Source: Gekko japonicus (lineage: Eukaryota). From it: a stretch of 63,797 bases of DNA. Below the pieces are notes generated by a model, which did not search any database, had not been told where the DNA came from, and saw only the letters and a list, made by a program, of their open reading frames with translations. Within the stretch, counting starts at the first letter, position 1; the number at the start of each line of letters is the position of its first letter. Of this stretch, positions 42,067 through 54,000 are shown one piece after another. Position numbers and translations under genes: made by a program. The stretch lies in contig NW_015165350.1 of assembly GCF_001447785.1 (NCBI RefSeq), forward strand, positions 21,672 through 85,468, in the 5' to 3' direction.

Positions 42067-45000
42067 ATGGCGGCTGAGGGTCCCGTGCAGGAGCTCTGGG
42101 AGGAAGCCTCTTGCTCCATCTGCCTGGACTTCTTCAGGGACCCGGTGACCATCGCCGAGTGCGGCCACAACTTCTGCCGGGCCTGCCTGACCCGCAGCTG
42201 GGGGGAGTCGGGGACCTCCGAGCCTTCCTGCCCCCAGTGCAGGAGAAGAGCTCAGAAGAGGAAACTCCGGCCGAACCAGCAGCTGGCCAACTTTGTGGAA
42301 ATCGCCAAGAGGTTCCGCCCTTTGGAAGGGGAGGGGGCAGAAGCGAAGGGGGGAGTCTGCGAGAAGCACCAGGAGCCCCTGAAGGTCTTCTGCAAGAAGG
42401 ACGAAGCCCCCGCCTGCGTGGTCTGCGGCCTGTCCCAGGAGCACAGAGACCACGAGGTGGTTCCTCTCGAGGAGGCTTTCCAAGAGAACAGGGTGAGACA
42501 TCTCTGGAGGCAGACTTCCTGGCGTCCTTGTGTGTGGCTCAAAACTTCACTTTGGTGCAAAGGTCTCTCAGGCTTAGTCTGGTATCTTTTAATGTAAAGT
42601 TATATAAAATATAATATTACTAGAAATAAGGCCCGTTGTGGAAATAAATACAACAAGATCTAGAAAGAGGCTCTGGGAGAGTGCTCTGGCTTTGGGCAAA
42701 CAGTGTCAGTCTGCTTTTAAAACATGAACCTGGGACCTGCACACCACCAGAATACAGCAGGTTCCATATGCAACTGACATTCCAACTGCCTTGGGGGGGG
42801 GGGGGAGTTTGAGGTGTGGAATGGAGTGAAGTCCAATCAGCTTCCATATGCAAAAGACCAGGTTGTCGCAGCAGTTGTGGTGTGGGCGGGACCCAGGCTT
42901 TGCCTTCTGATTGGTGGCGATATATGCTGAGGAGCAGTGCCATCAGCCATACACTAAGGGAGTGCATTTTAGAATTAGAACTTTGGCACCCACTATTCAA
43001 TTATATATAAGGAGAGATACTATTTCCTTCTCCCTCCACACACCACCTCCCCCGTCAGCCACAAAGTAGCTTGTAAAGCAGTAGCTAGTAATAAACAGAC
43101 CAAAAAAAATGTTTGAGAAGGGGGTTTTCATCATAATGGGGGGGGGGCTGGCTGCCACCTCTTCTGTTCCTCACCCCATCTTATAAGAACAGAAGAGAAG
43201 CCATGTTGGATCAGGTGAGTGCTGTCACACATTGACCAAAAACCCAGGTGCCATCAGGAGGTCCCCCAGCAGGGCCAGAACTCCAGAAGCCCTTCCACAG
43301 TTGCCCCCCAAGCAACAAGAATAGAGAGCCTCACTGCCCCAGACATAGTGTTTCGTCTGTACCTTGTGGCTAATAGCCACTGATGGACCTTTGCTCCATA
43401 TGTTTACCCAACCCCCTCTTGAAGCTGTCTGTGCTTCTAGACATCACAGCTTCTTGCAGCAGTGAATTTCACGTGTTCATTACTCTTTGGGTGAAGAAGT
43501 ACTTCCATTTATCTCACCAGGAGATCACCCTTTGCTGGCAGCCCACTCAGTATTGGTGCCCCACCCAGCCTTTCACTGACAGGCCACCATTAGCTGGGGA
43601 TCTTGTGCGATAGAATCCTATTTCTCCCCACATAGGGTGTGGCCTTTCCATTTTTTTCAATGGCCATCCCCTTGGCCCCCTCCCATACTGAGATGGAGCT
43701 GTGTGGCCAGTCCAAGAGGTTTCGCTGCCCAAGGAAGCCACTGTCCAGGCCACCAAATGTGGGCCTCTGAAGAAGTGGGCCTTCCAGCATTGTGGATCTG
43801 TCATGATTATGAAGGAAGGAGCAGAAGGTAAGAAGGGTGTCCATCTTGTTCCCAGAAACTGAGCACTATACAACTGGCAAGGTTGGCTGGGTCAGGGCTA
43901 ACTTTGTGCCAGGTCTCAGAGTTGGGCCCCAAAACCTGAAGGTAGATGTCCTTAAAGAGAGCCTCTGGGCATTCCCCTGTGATCGAGATGGCCAAAACTA
44001 AGAGCAAGATGGTGACTGTAGATCTGTTGGCTGAAGGGTTTCCCTGAGGGCAAACGGCCCTGCAGGAGATGGGGGGGGTGGGCTGTGAGGTTCATTCTGA
44101 GAATTTAGAAAGGGGAGTTAAGGGGTTTTCAGGTGAAACCACAAGGAACCCACAGGTGTCTTGCATACCGAATCCTTACAAATCCAGGATGTGAAGGAAT
44201 GTCTCTATTATTATTTATTGTTATTATTATATTGTATTTTAAAATATAGAAGAATTAAGATTCAGGGAGGGCAAAATTCCAAATCAAACTCAAGTTAACT
44301 CGCATCAGAATGAGTATCAGCCTGTTGTGCCAGTATCGGAATCATCCTTCATTTGTAACGTGAAGAGTGTTCTCTGGAGAGCCACCTAGCAGGAGATGCT
44401 GTCTGTGAGAGGGTGGACATTATGGTTGGGAGTTAAATCTGAAAGGTGTCTTAAAAACCGATCAGGGTCCATCGTATTCATGCAGGTCCAGCTTCACTGC
44501 TTTACGGATTTGGATCCACTTTCGGAGGTTTGTCATCCAAGCCCCCCAGGAATGTGCGCTGAAAGAAAGGAATAGGTTGGTGGTGTTTGGGGGCTCTACT
44601 GGAACACTGCAAAAAGCAGCTCAAAGCAGGTGCAAGGAGAATGTGCTTTACCTGGTACTGGGATTTGTTCGTTGACTTTCAAAAGAATTGGAGGTTTAAT
44701 AAAAACTCGTGTAATCCCAGTTTTTCCCACCATTCTTAGCTGAGGGAAGACAGTACAGGACCTGGGTTTGTTAATGAAGGGGGGGGGGAGAATTACAACA
44801 AAGAAAGCAGCGGTGTCTGCAGCCCACTGGCCTTCACTTCCTAAGAGGGAGGATGGCTAGTAGGCAAAAAAGGAACTCTTCAAAAACAGCTCCCAGACCC
44901 TCCAATCACTGGCAACCATTTACAAGTAGATTTTAACATACAAGTAGGGTTTAATCCCAAGTGGACAGATGGGGCATCAGAGGACGCACACATAGCAAAG

Positions 45001-48000
45001 TCAAATGTAGGCATTGCAAGCAAAAGTGGGAACCAAAGAGGCTGTGCAGTGTTCCCTCTAAACTGTTGACTTGTGAGTAAAAAAAATTATGTTGTGAGCC
45101 AAAAAATCTACAAGAATAAAAGTTGTGAGCAAGCCTAATTTTTTAAAAAATTAAATTTCATTTTACAAACACAAAACGTACAAGCATGAAGGAAGGGAGG
45201 AAATAGATGGGGAGAGAGGAGGAAGGGAAGGAGGAAGGAAGCAGGGGAGAGGTGGAAAGAAAGGAAATAGATGGGGAGTGAAGAATGAAAGAAAGAGGTG
45301 GAAAGAAAGCAAATAGATGGGGAGATACAAAAGAAGGAAGAAAAAAGAAAGAGAGGGCCCCTCTAATGGCAGGTAGCCATTAGAATGTTCTGTTTGGCTC
45401 CCCCCCCCCTGCTTCCAAGTGGGGGGAGCCAAAGGGAACGCTGAGTTTCCCACTCTTTAAAGCCCATCAGCTGCTCCCTTTAAAGGGCGGGCACCTATTA
45501 GAGTGTTTTGTTTGCCCTCCCCCACTGAGGGGGTGATATGAGAGCATTGGAAGTTTGCAAGGTTAAGAATTTTTGATGTCCTGCTTAATTAGAATGTTTT
45601 CCTGATTGAACCGAAAGAATGTGGTTAATTTGTACTGGAAGGCAGTTCCATCCTTAGGAGAGCTTCAGCGAAACAAGGTTAGTGATAGCTGACTCACTTG
45701 TTGAGACTGGGACTGCGTCCAGAACCTTTTCATCAGAGACTATCGCTGGAAAGTCTTTGCTACTCAAAAGGACTGTTCCTCATGGCAATTCTTTAGCAAG
45801 GTCTTTTGTTCAAGTGTATATTGTTATATTGATGTGCAAGATAGTTTGTATTGAAGTCTATATTTAACTGAACGAAGAGCACTAATTATATCCAGTCACT
45901 ACAAGGAGAGGTACAGTTCTGGGGGTGGGAAATGAATCCTGTTTTTTTGTTTTGGACATCAGGCAGTGGTGGCAGCTGGAAAAGGGAAAGTTTGCCAGAA
46001 GCACCAGGAGCCGCTGAAGCTGTTCTGCAAGGACGACAAAGCCCTCATCTGTTTGGTCTGTGACCGATCCAGGGACCACAGAAATCACGAAACCCTTCCT
46101 CTTGAGGAGGCCTCCCAAGAGTACAAGGTAGGAAATCAAAAACATGGAGGATGATGAGGAAGAGCCCTGGATCCTCCCCTTCTTCTTGGTCTCCCCTTCT
46201 TGCTTCCTCCTTCCTGGCTAGGTGGCTCCCTTGGGCATTGCCTCCTTCCCCCCCCCCCTGCGCTGAGGCTAAAGCGGCTGTGTTAACATCTGACCACAGC
46301 CTATGCCCTGACCAAGCTAGGAGGGGGCAGCTGCCTGACTCCCCGCTTTTTAAAATTATTATTAAAGATTTTATTTTAATTTTTTTATAAAGACAAACAT
46401 CACGTAGACAAAACACACAAATACATAAATGTGGGGGGGGGGTTCAGTTACATAATAAATTTACATGCTTAGTTACTTCATACCATATTTGTTTTTCATG
46501 TTCCACCTTATGTTCTTACAAATTTTTTTTGCATATTTTAAATATAATTTTTGTAGTCTATAAAAGGTTATATATCTGTATACTTTATTGTATTCTTCAG
46601 TCCATTTCAAAATCTACACCATGTAGTTTCATACATACACAAGGGTTTACCTAAGTATCTAAATAGTAGGGGATTTCATTACCTTCTCAAATTACCTATT
46701 TAAATACCTCAATACTTGTTTTCCAAATTTCACCTTGTATTCTTACAATGATCTTTCACATATGTTTCAAAAAATAATTTTTATACTCTTTTGATAGATT
46801 TTCCGATGTTTCAACTCATTTATGTAATTTTGAACAACTGTATAATATCTATAATATTCAGACTTTTAGGAAATCTAGAGGGACTGTGTTTTCTCCCTTA
46901 TCCAAAAATTTGATGCTTGTGTGTTCTCTCTTATCCACAAAATTTTGGAGCTTTTCCATAGGATTTCATCCTCTTCTTCATTCTCTGATTTCTCCTCTTA
47001 AGTCTTAAAGTCTTAATTTTGTGAGTTTTCCCTTGTAGATGAAACACGTATATAGATGATAACCATCTATAATCAACTTTTAAAGTAGTTTGAGGTTCCG
47101 TATATTCTTTTTTCTCTCTTTGAATAAATATTTCATTTGCTGGTTCAATAATTCTATCTCTTGTCATTCTTTCATGGGGTCTCATGTTCAGTTCTTCAGT
47201 CAGTTTGTCTCTTTTTGGATATGTTTTGTAAGTCATATCAATTGGATAATAGACTTCATCTGTATCTTCTATATCCACAGAAATAAATGTCACATCAGTT
47301 TGCTCTTCCTTCTGATTGATGCTCTGCTGTAAGAGTAGCTCAAACTTAGGTCCCAGTTTTAACATACACACACCCACACATACATGCTGCTTTCCCTATT
47401 TCAATTGCTGTCCTTGAATTGCTGTCTACCTCATGGCTGGGGGAGAATATGTAGGTTTGGTACCTGTCTGCGTGTCGTCGTCCCCCGTCCCCCCGCACAC
47501 AGCAGCTGTGAGGTAGCTATTTAAATCAGAGCAGCGTTGGAGCGTGGGTGGGAGAGCTGCGTATGAAGTGGCCTCATTCTGAGTCAAAACCTTGGTCTCT
47601 CCGGGTCCACTCTGACTGGCAGCAGCTCTCCAGGGACTCAGGTGGAGGTCTTTTCACATCAACAGCTACCTATTCATTTCTACTGGAAATGCCGGGCATT
47701 GAACTCAGGACCTTCTGTTTGCCAAGCAGATGCTCTATCACAGCCACGGCCCTTCCGCTGCACTAGGGAAGGAAGGAATCCCCTCCTTCCCACAGCTGTG
47801 GTTGCTTCCACACAGAGCTTTCCCTTCATTGATGTGCTCTTACTTGGAAGATCATCAAAGAGGGTTTGGGAAAGGGTGGACCAGAAAGTATGCATTTCCA
47901 CATACGCCCCAGTCCAGTGCCGTTTAACCTCCCACCTGGCATTCTCCCCTGCCCCCCAATGAGCTTTTTGCTGTTTTTAAAAAAATTCTCCCTACTGGGC

Positions 48001-51000
48001 ATATTTCTGTATTGTTAACACAACATAGTGATATACAGACTGTGTATAATATTTTTTCAATGCAAAAAATCCTCCTGTGGCAGGGGTGGAATGGTGGGCA
48101 AAGAATGGAGTCAGTCTCCCCAGAGGAAGCAATGTGGCCACTGGGAACATTTTTGCACTGATGTTTGGGCACCGTTCCCATGAGAAAGCTCGCTGTGTTT
48201 AGCATTTGGGAAATGCTTTTAAAGATCCTGTTACAGACATGGGGCAGTTAGATCTAGTTTGGCCCTTAATGGCAGTTTTGCTTCTTGTATGTTTTATAGT
48301 AAACTTCTAAAATGGAAAAAAAACACTCAGTTTTGGGTCATCCCCCACTGTCCCCCCAGGATCAGCTCTGCAGCTGTCTGGAGATTCTGAAGAGAGAGAG
48401 AGAAACAATTGTGGCATCTAAAGATGATGTGGAGAAGGAAAGCAAAGACCTGCTCGTAAGTGTCACTGTGGCTGGGAAGTGAAGAGATTCTGGAACTAGT
48501 ATTGGGGGAGGGAACAAAGTCCAAATAGCAGAGAAATCAACCCAGGTGACAGCCTCACCCCTTCCAATTTGCACATTCCTTCACAGATGGTCAGTATTAA
48601 GCAGTTCCAGGCCTCAAAGGTAAACTTAACACTGCAGTTACAAGCAGAGTTATACCTGGGCTGGGGGTGCCACGGAACTGCACACTCTTGGTGCCCCTGG
48701 GACTAGGCGATCACCATGGGCCACCTGGTGGGCAGTCTGCCCCTGCTTGTTCATCCAGGTCTAGACCCTTTTGTTGTTGTTGTTGTTCTCAGCTGTTTTT
48801 GTTTGGGGCAGAATCAGTTAACTCCCCAAGGCACTCTTTGCTGTGGGGTGAGTCCTCAGCAGATGAACATCTGTGTCCAGGCCCCATTTCTATGTGTGCA
48901 CCAACACTGCAAGCCAGGAGAAGTCTCTGAAAACCACGAACCTATACAAACCTCCATTCTTTTGGTCCGTGCCCATCCCAAGTTGGGATACTCAGTAACA
49001 TGCTGATTTTTTTTCTCCTAAAGTTTTTCTTGCCCAAAATGCGGCCAGGGGAGCTGCAGTTTAGACTGGGAGACAAAGTGAGGGGAACGGGCTTCTTAGC
49101 TCTGTTCTTCCCGGCGGTCTTTCTACTCAACTGTTGTGTCTCATCCCCTTTTGGGAAGTTTGGGGGTCATCATGTGGAGGGTGTTTTAGTGGGGAAACAA
49201 ACCCGTCTGAAGAAGCCCCTTCTACTCTCTGGGTCTTCTGCTACAGACTTAATCTGGTTGAGATAACCCCTCCAGAACTTTGAGTGAAACCCATGTGTGC
49301 ATTGGGCCTTAAGGATGGGTCCTCGGGGAACTTTCTCTTTCCCATGTTCACTGTGATCTCTGAAAGGCCAGAGTGCCCTTCCGATAGGGGGTCTCCTAAG
49401 GTGCCTCTTCCCACTATAGAGACCGGCTGTGTTCCTGATGCTGGCCTGCTTTTCTTCTCTTCCCCTCTCAGAAGCAAACCACAGGAGAGAAGCAAAAGAC
49501 ATTAGCCAAGTTCAGGCAACTGCACACATTTCTGGAGGAACAAGAGAAACTTCTGCTGGCCCAGATGGAAGAGGTGGAGAAGGAGGTGGCAAAAAACAAG
49601 GACCAACTCCTGGCCAGACTCTCTGAGGAGCTCTCCTCTCTAGAAAGCCTCATCCGGGAGATGGAGGAGAAGAGTCAGCAGCCAGCCGGTGATCTCCTGC
49701 AGGTGAGGAGGTGGCGGGAACAGCCCAGGCACCCCTTGGGGAGGAGGCTGGCTCCAGACCCTGTCTCGGCTTCTGCTCTTCTCTGGAGCCCTCCTTTGCT
49801 CAGGCTGAGAATCAAGAGGCCGTGACTCATAAACGTTGGTGGTGTGGGGAGGGTCAAGTTTGCTGAAGTCTCTGTTCCAGGATGGCATTGAAGTACCCTT
49901 TGCTGGTGGATCCCTCATTCAGTAGGTAATGTGGCACCATTTTAAAGAGTTTCTGATTGACCAAACGTCCAGAGGAAGCTCTGGGGTGACCCTAGTGGTG
50001 AAGAAGGGATGGCCGTTGGTTGAGAGGTTGGGGAGGTAGAGCAGATAGATGGAGGAATCTCTGAAGCATGTGTATTTTTTTAGGTGAGCCCGTTTGGTGT
50101 AGTGGTTAAGTGCGCAGACTCTAATCTGGGAGAACCGGGTTTGATTCCCCACTCCTCCACTTGCACCTGGTTGGATGACCTTGGGCAAGCCGTAGTTCTG
50201 ATAAGAGCTGTTCTTGAAAAACAGCAGTTTCTGTCAAGAGCTCTCTCAGCCCCACCTTCCTCACAGGGTGTCTGTTGTGGGGAGGGGAAGGGAAAGGAGT
50301 TTGTAAGCCGCTCTGAGACACCTTTGGGTAGTGAAGGGCGGGGTATAAATCCAATCTCTTCTCTTCTTCTTTTTGTGTGTGTGTATGTTTGAGCAAAAGA
50401 TCCAAGTAATAAGAGATTGGTGGGTAGCTCTTTAGGACAACCAGAAATGAGGGCTCTATGCAATCTCTTATGTAGCAGATCACGCAGCTCTGCTAAGAAC
50501 ATAAGAGAAGCCAATGTTGGATCAGGCCAGTGGCCCATTCAGTCCAACACTGTCACACAGTGGCCAAAAATACCAGGTGCCATCAGGAGGTCCAGCCGTG
50601 GGGCCAGGACACTAGAAACCCTCCCACTGTTGCCCCCCCCCCAAAGCACCAAGAATACAGTGCATCACTTGCCCCAGACTGAGAGTTCATATCTATACCT
50701 TGTGGCTAATAGCCACTGATGGACCTCTGCTCCATATGCTGTCCATGCTAGTAGCTGCCACCACCTCCTCTGAAATGGCTTCACTGTGCCTGCTGATGTC
50801 ATTCACTCACGAAGAAGTTCTCCCATTTTATGAAAAGCCAGCTCCCGTCCTTGAGTTGGACGCACAGTAAAAGGAGTTAAAATTCATCACCCTCCAGGAT
50901 ATGAAGGGGAGACGGGCAGTTATCAACTTTTCTTTCTTTCCCCTTCTTTAGGATGTCCGAAGCACCTTGCAGAGGTGAGTGGATCTGTCTCTCTTATTAC

Positions 51001-54000
51001 TCCCCTGATGCTGGGATGGATGTGGGTAGCATGTGAAGAAAGTGGCCCTTCAGGCTCAGGACCGCAGTGGATGTGACTAGGACCACAGATCTCCATCCGT
51101 TTGTAAATGGCAAACTGCAGATGAACACAGTCCCATGGGGAAAAAATCGTGCCCCCAAACAGCAGGGGGGTATTTGTGTCAGGGTTAAGACCTGGCTGTG
51201 CATTTCTAGAAGGTTCTGGCAGAATTCTGGTGCTGAAGCAGGGGTGGTTTCACTCGTCAAACAAGCCCCTCCAGCCTTGGGAATGCACCAGTTGAGTTTA
51301 GTCACCTCAGCTCTTTCAGATCCACAAAATGGCAGGTGGTAAATGTGCTGGGGCTCAGGTGGTGTCCTTGAAAGGGCAGTTCTCTGCCCTTGAAAGAGCT
51401 CTCTCAGCCTCAGCACCTACCTCACAGGGTGTCTGTTGTGGGGAGGGGAAGGGAAAGGAGTTTGTAAGCCGCTCTGAGATTCTGAGTGAAGGGCGGGGTA
51501 TAAATCCAATCTCTTCTCCTTCTTCTTGGTTGGCGTCTGGGCTGCCTAGAGGGCCACTTGAGCATCAAGCTCCGTGATGACCACTCTGCCCGGTCTTGGG
51601 TGCGCCGTGTGTGAGGGAGGCTCCTCATGAGGAAGCAGGAGTTAGAGCTTGTGCCACCACACAACACTTAGAGGTGTTTCTCTTGTTCAGACCAGACTAG
51701 AGGATTTCACAGCTGCTGATTGGAAACTTCGCCTCTCTGATGTACATTTCCCCAGAAACTTTTAGAGGAGGAAGGAACATGATGTGACCTTACTGGGCTT
51801 GAAGTTTCCACGCCTCACCCAAGTTTCAGGCGATTGAAAGGAGCAGAAGAAAGGATGCTTTTGAGGGCAGTGATTGCCATGTAACGTGTTGTAGGGCTGA
51901 GTGGGGAAATGAACTTGGGCCCAGTCCTGGCCCAGCTCTCAAACCACTGTACCACAGTAGCTTCCTTCTCACCCTAAGCAGATGGGAAGTATGGTTAAAG
52001 AACTGCTGCTGTTGGACAAAAGAAATCCCTGCTCCTCTTGACGTCTGATTTGGCCTTGAGATGCTTGGCTTTGGGATCTCAAGGGTAACTGCAAGGGGGG
52101 GTAGACTCTTTCCTTTCCAAAGGGCTCTCCCCTCTTTCTCTGCTATCAGCATCGACCAGTATCTCTAAGCTTTCTGCGTATTCCTGCCTTCATTTCTTTG
52201 CTCTACTGGTGGGAATTCTGGATTGGATAGATAGATCAACATGGTTTGTCTCCAGGTACGAAGAAAAGGAGAGGTTTGAGAATCCCGTGACTTTTCCTCT
52301 TGCGTTGAAGTGGAGGATCTGGGACTTCTGTGACATCAATCTCTTGCTGGAGGGGGTCATGAAGCAGCTGAAAGGTAATAAAGAACAGCTTCAGAGAGGT
52401 CATGAGATGAGGCCAGATACGAGTGTGGAACCTTCCAGGCCACTCACTAGCAGGGCCAGGTAGACAGGGAATTCGTATGCCAAATCTGAAGGCCATTTTG
52501 GTTCACCATGGAATGTTTTTCTGATCAAAATTCCTCCTGTGGCTTTAGCACACTGTTGCATTCTCTGGATTTTCTTACAGTGGTTCTGCATTTAGATCAT
52601 TTGATCATTCCCATGCCCATGTGTTGTTGAACTGAGATGTCAGGGCAGAACAGCCCCCCCCCCAAATGAAAGAGAGGGGAGGAAGTGGACCCTTCAGGGC
52701 ATCCTCACTTAATGGAAACACACTTTTGGTCCCTTTCAGGAACGTGCCCCTTCTGTGTCTGTGGCCAAATTGGACTTCTCAAAACTCGCCACTTGGACTG
52801 AGTGTTTCATTTGCTTGTATGTGTCCTAGCTGAGCTAACAGGATGGTCTCAAGGGGGTGACAGTGCTCTTTTCAGCAGAGGGACACCTTCTGGGTCCATT
52901 GAAATCAGTGGGATTTATAAGGGTGTAATTCTGCCTAGGATGGTACTGTGAGATATTCTGTGTCTGAAGAAAGGTAGCCAATACCTGGCTGGAAGGCCAC
53001 CAAGAACCCCATCTTTGCTATCCTGAACATCTTGAAGAATGTCAGGAGAGAAACGTAGCCAGTAATTTACCTCTGCTAGTAACCGTTCTGTAACATTTAT
53101 CTCACCAAATTATTTCTGCCGTGAGGAGTTCCCTGGAGAAATGTTCTAAATCGATGAGTTCTTTTGCTGAATGTGAACTAAGGGAGGGCTGAGCATCCTG
53201 GACCAGAGTCTGGATGAGACGTGCAGAGATGGCCTCCTCCCTTCCGTTCTCTGCCTGGACAAGAACACCCAAGTTGGGTCTCTTCCTATCCTGTTGCTCT
53301 CCAGGCTGTTTTGCCCTTTTCCCCACAGTGGGTCAAGGTGGTTTTTCCCCCTAACTGGTAACTAACACAGATTAACAGTATAAAAATCTGTTTCCATGAT
53401 TTAGAATTGTCATGTTTTTAAAGAATTTTTTAAAATTCATTGCGTAGATAAGGGGAAATGTGCAGCCTGACTTTAAAATTCTAATAGCTCTAGAACTATG
53501 ACATTATAATGAAACATTGCCATAATTAAAAAAAATAAAATGTCTCTAGTTCTTTTCACGGCAGAGAAATAAGGGATTCACCTTCCCTTTTGCATCCTCA
53601 CAACAAGAAAGTTTGGACACTTTTAAAAATAAAAGCTAAGAATTTGGAGGAAGTAGCAGTTCGAGACCTGAGTACCACATGATGGAATGAGCACCCATCT
53701 CTGGTTCCAGCTCCTGCCAACCTAGCAGTTCGAAAGCAAGAAATTGCAAGTAGATAAATAGGTGTTGCTTCAGTTTGAAGGTAACAGCGTTCAGTGCGCC
53801 TTGACATCTAGTCATGCCACCCACATGATCACGGAAATGTCTTTGGACAGCGCTGGCTCTTCGGCTTAGAAATGGAGATGAGCACCACAACCCTTGAGTC
53901 GGACTCGACTGGCTTTCGAGCAAGGGAAACCTTTACCTTTACCTTACTAGTAGTGTAGAAAGTAGTAGTAGGAAAATAGCAGCCACTGGGAGAAGGAAGG

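Larger units (their letters stand above)
40150..43040 (+). repeat. Segmental duplication, copy 1 (paralog ~61860-63797)
   Basis: Colinear matches in upstream sequence, a shared SINE, promoter, exon 1 and the start of intron 1. Confidence 0.9.

Noticed and set aside
41740-42501. 253-aa antisense ORF (and 63140..63775)
   Set aside because: Shadow of the GC-rich TRIM exon on the opposite strand
50086-50160. tRNA genes
   Set aside because: The A/B boxes are SINE heads that continue into the SINE body; no complete cloverleaf
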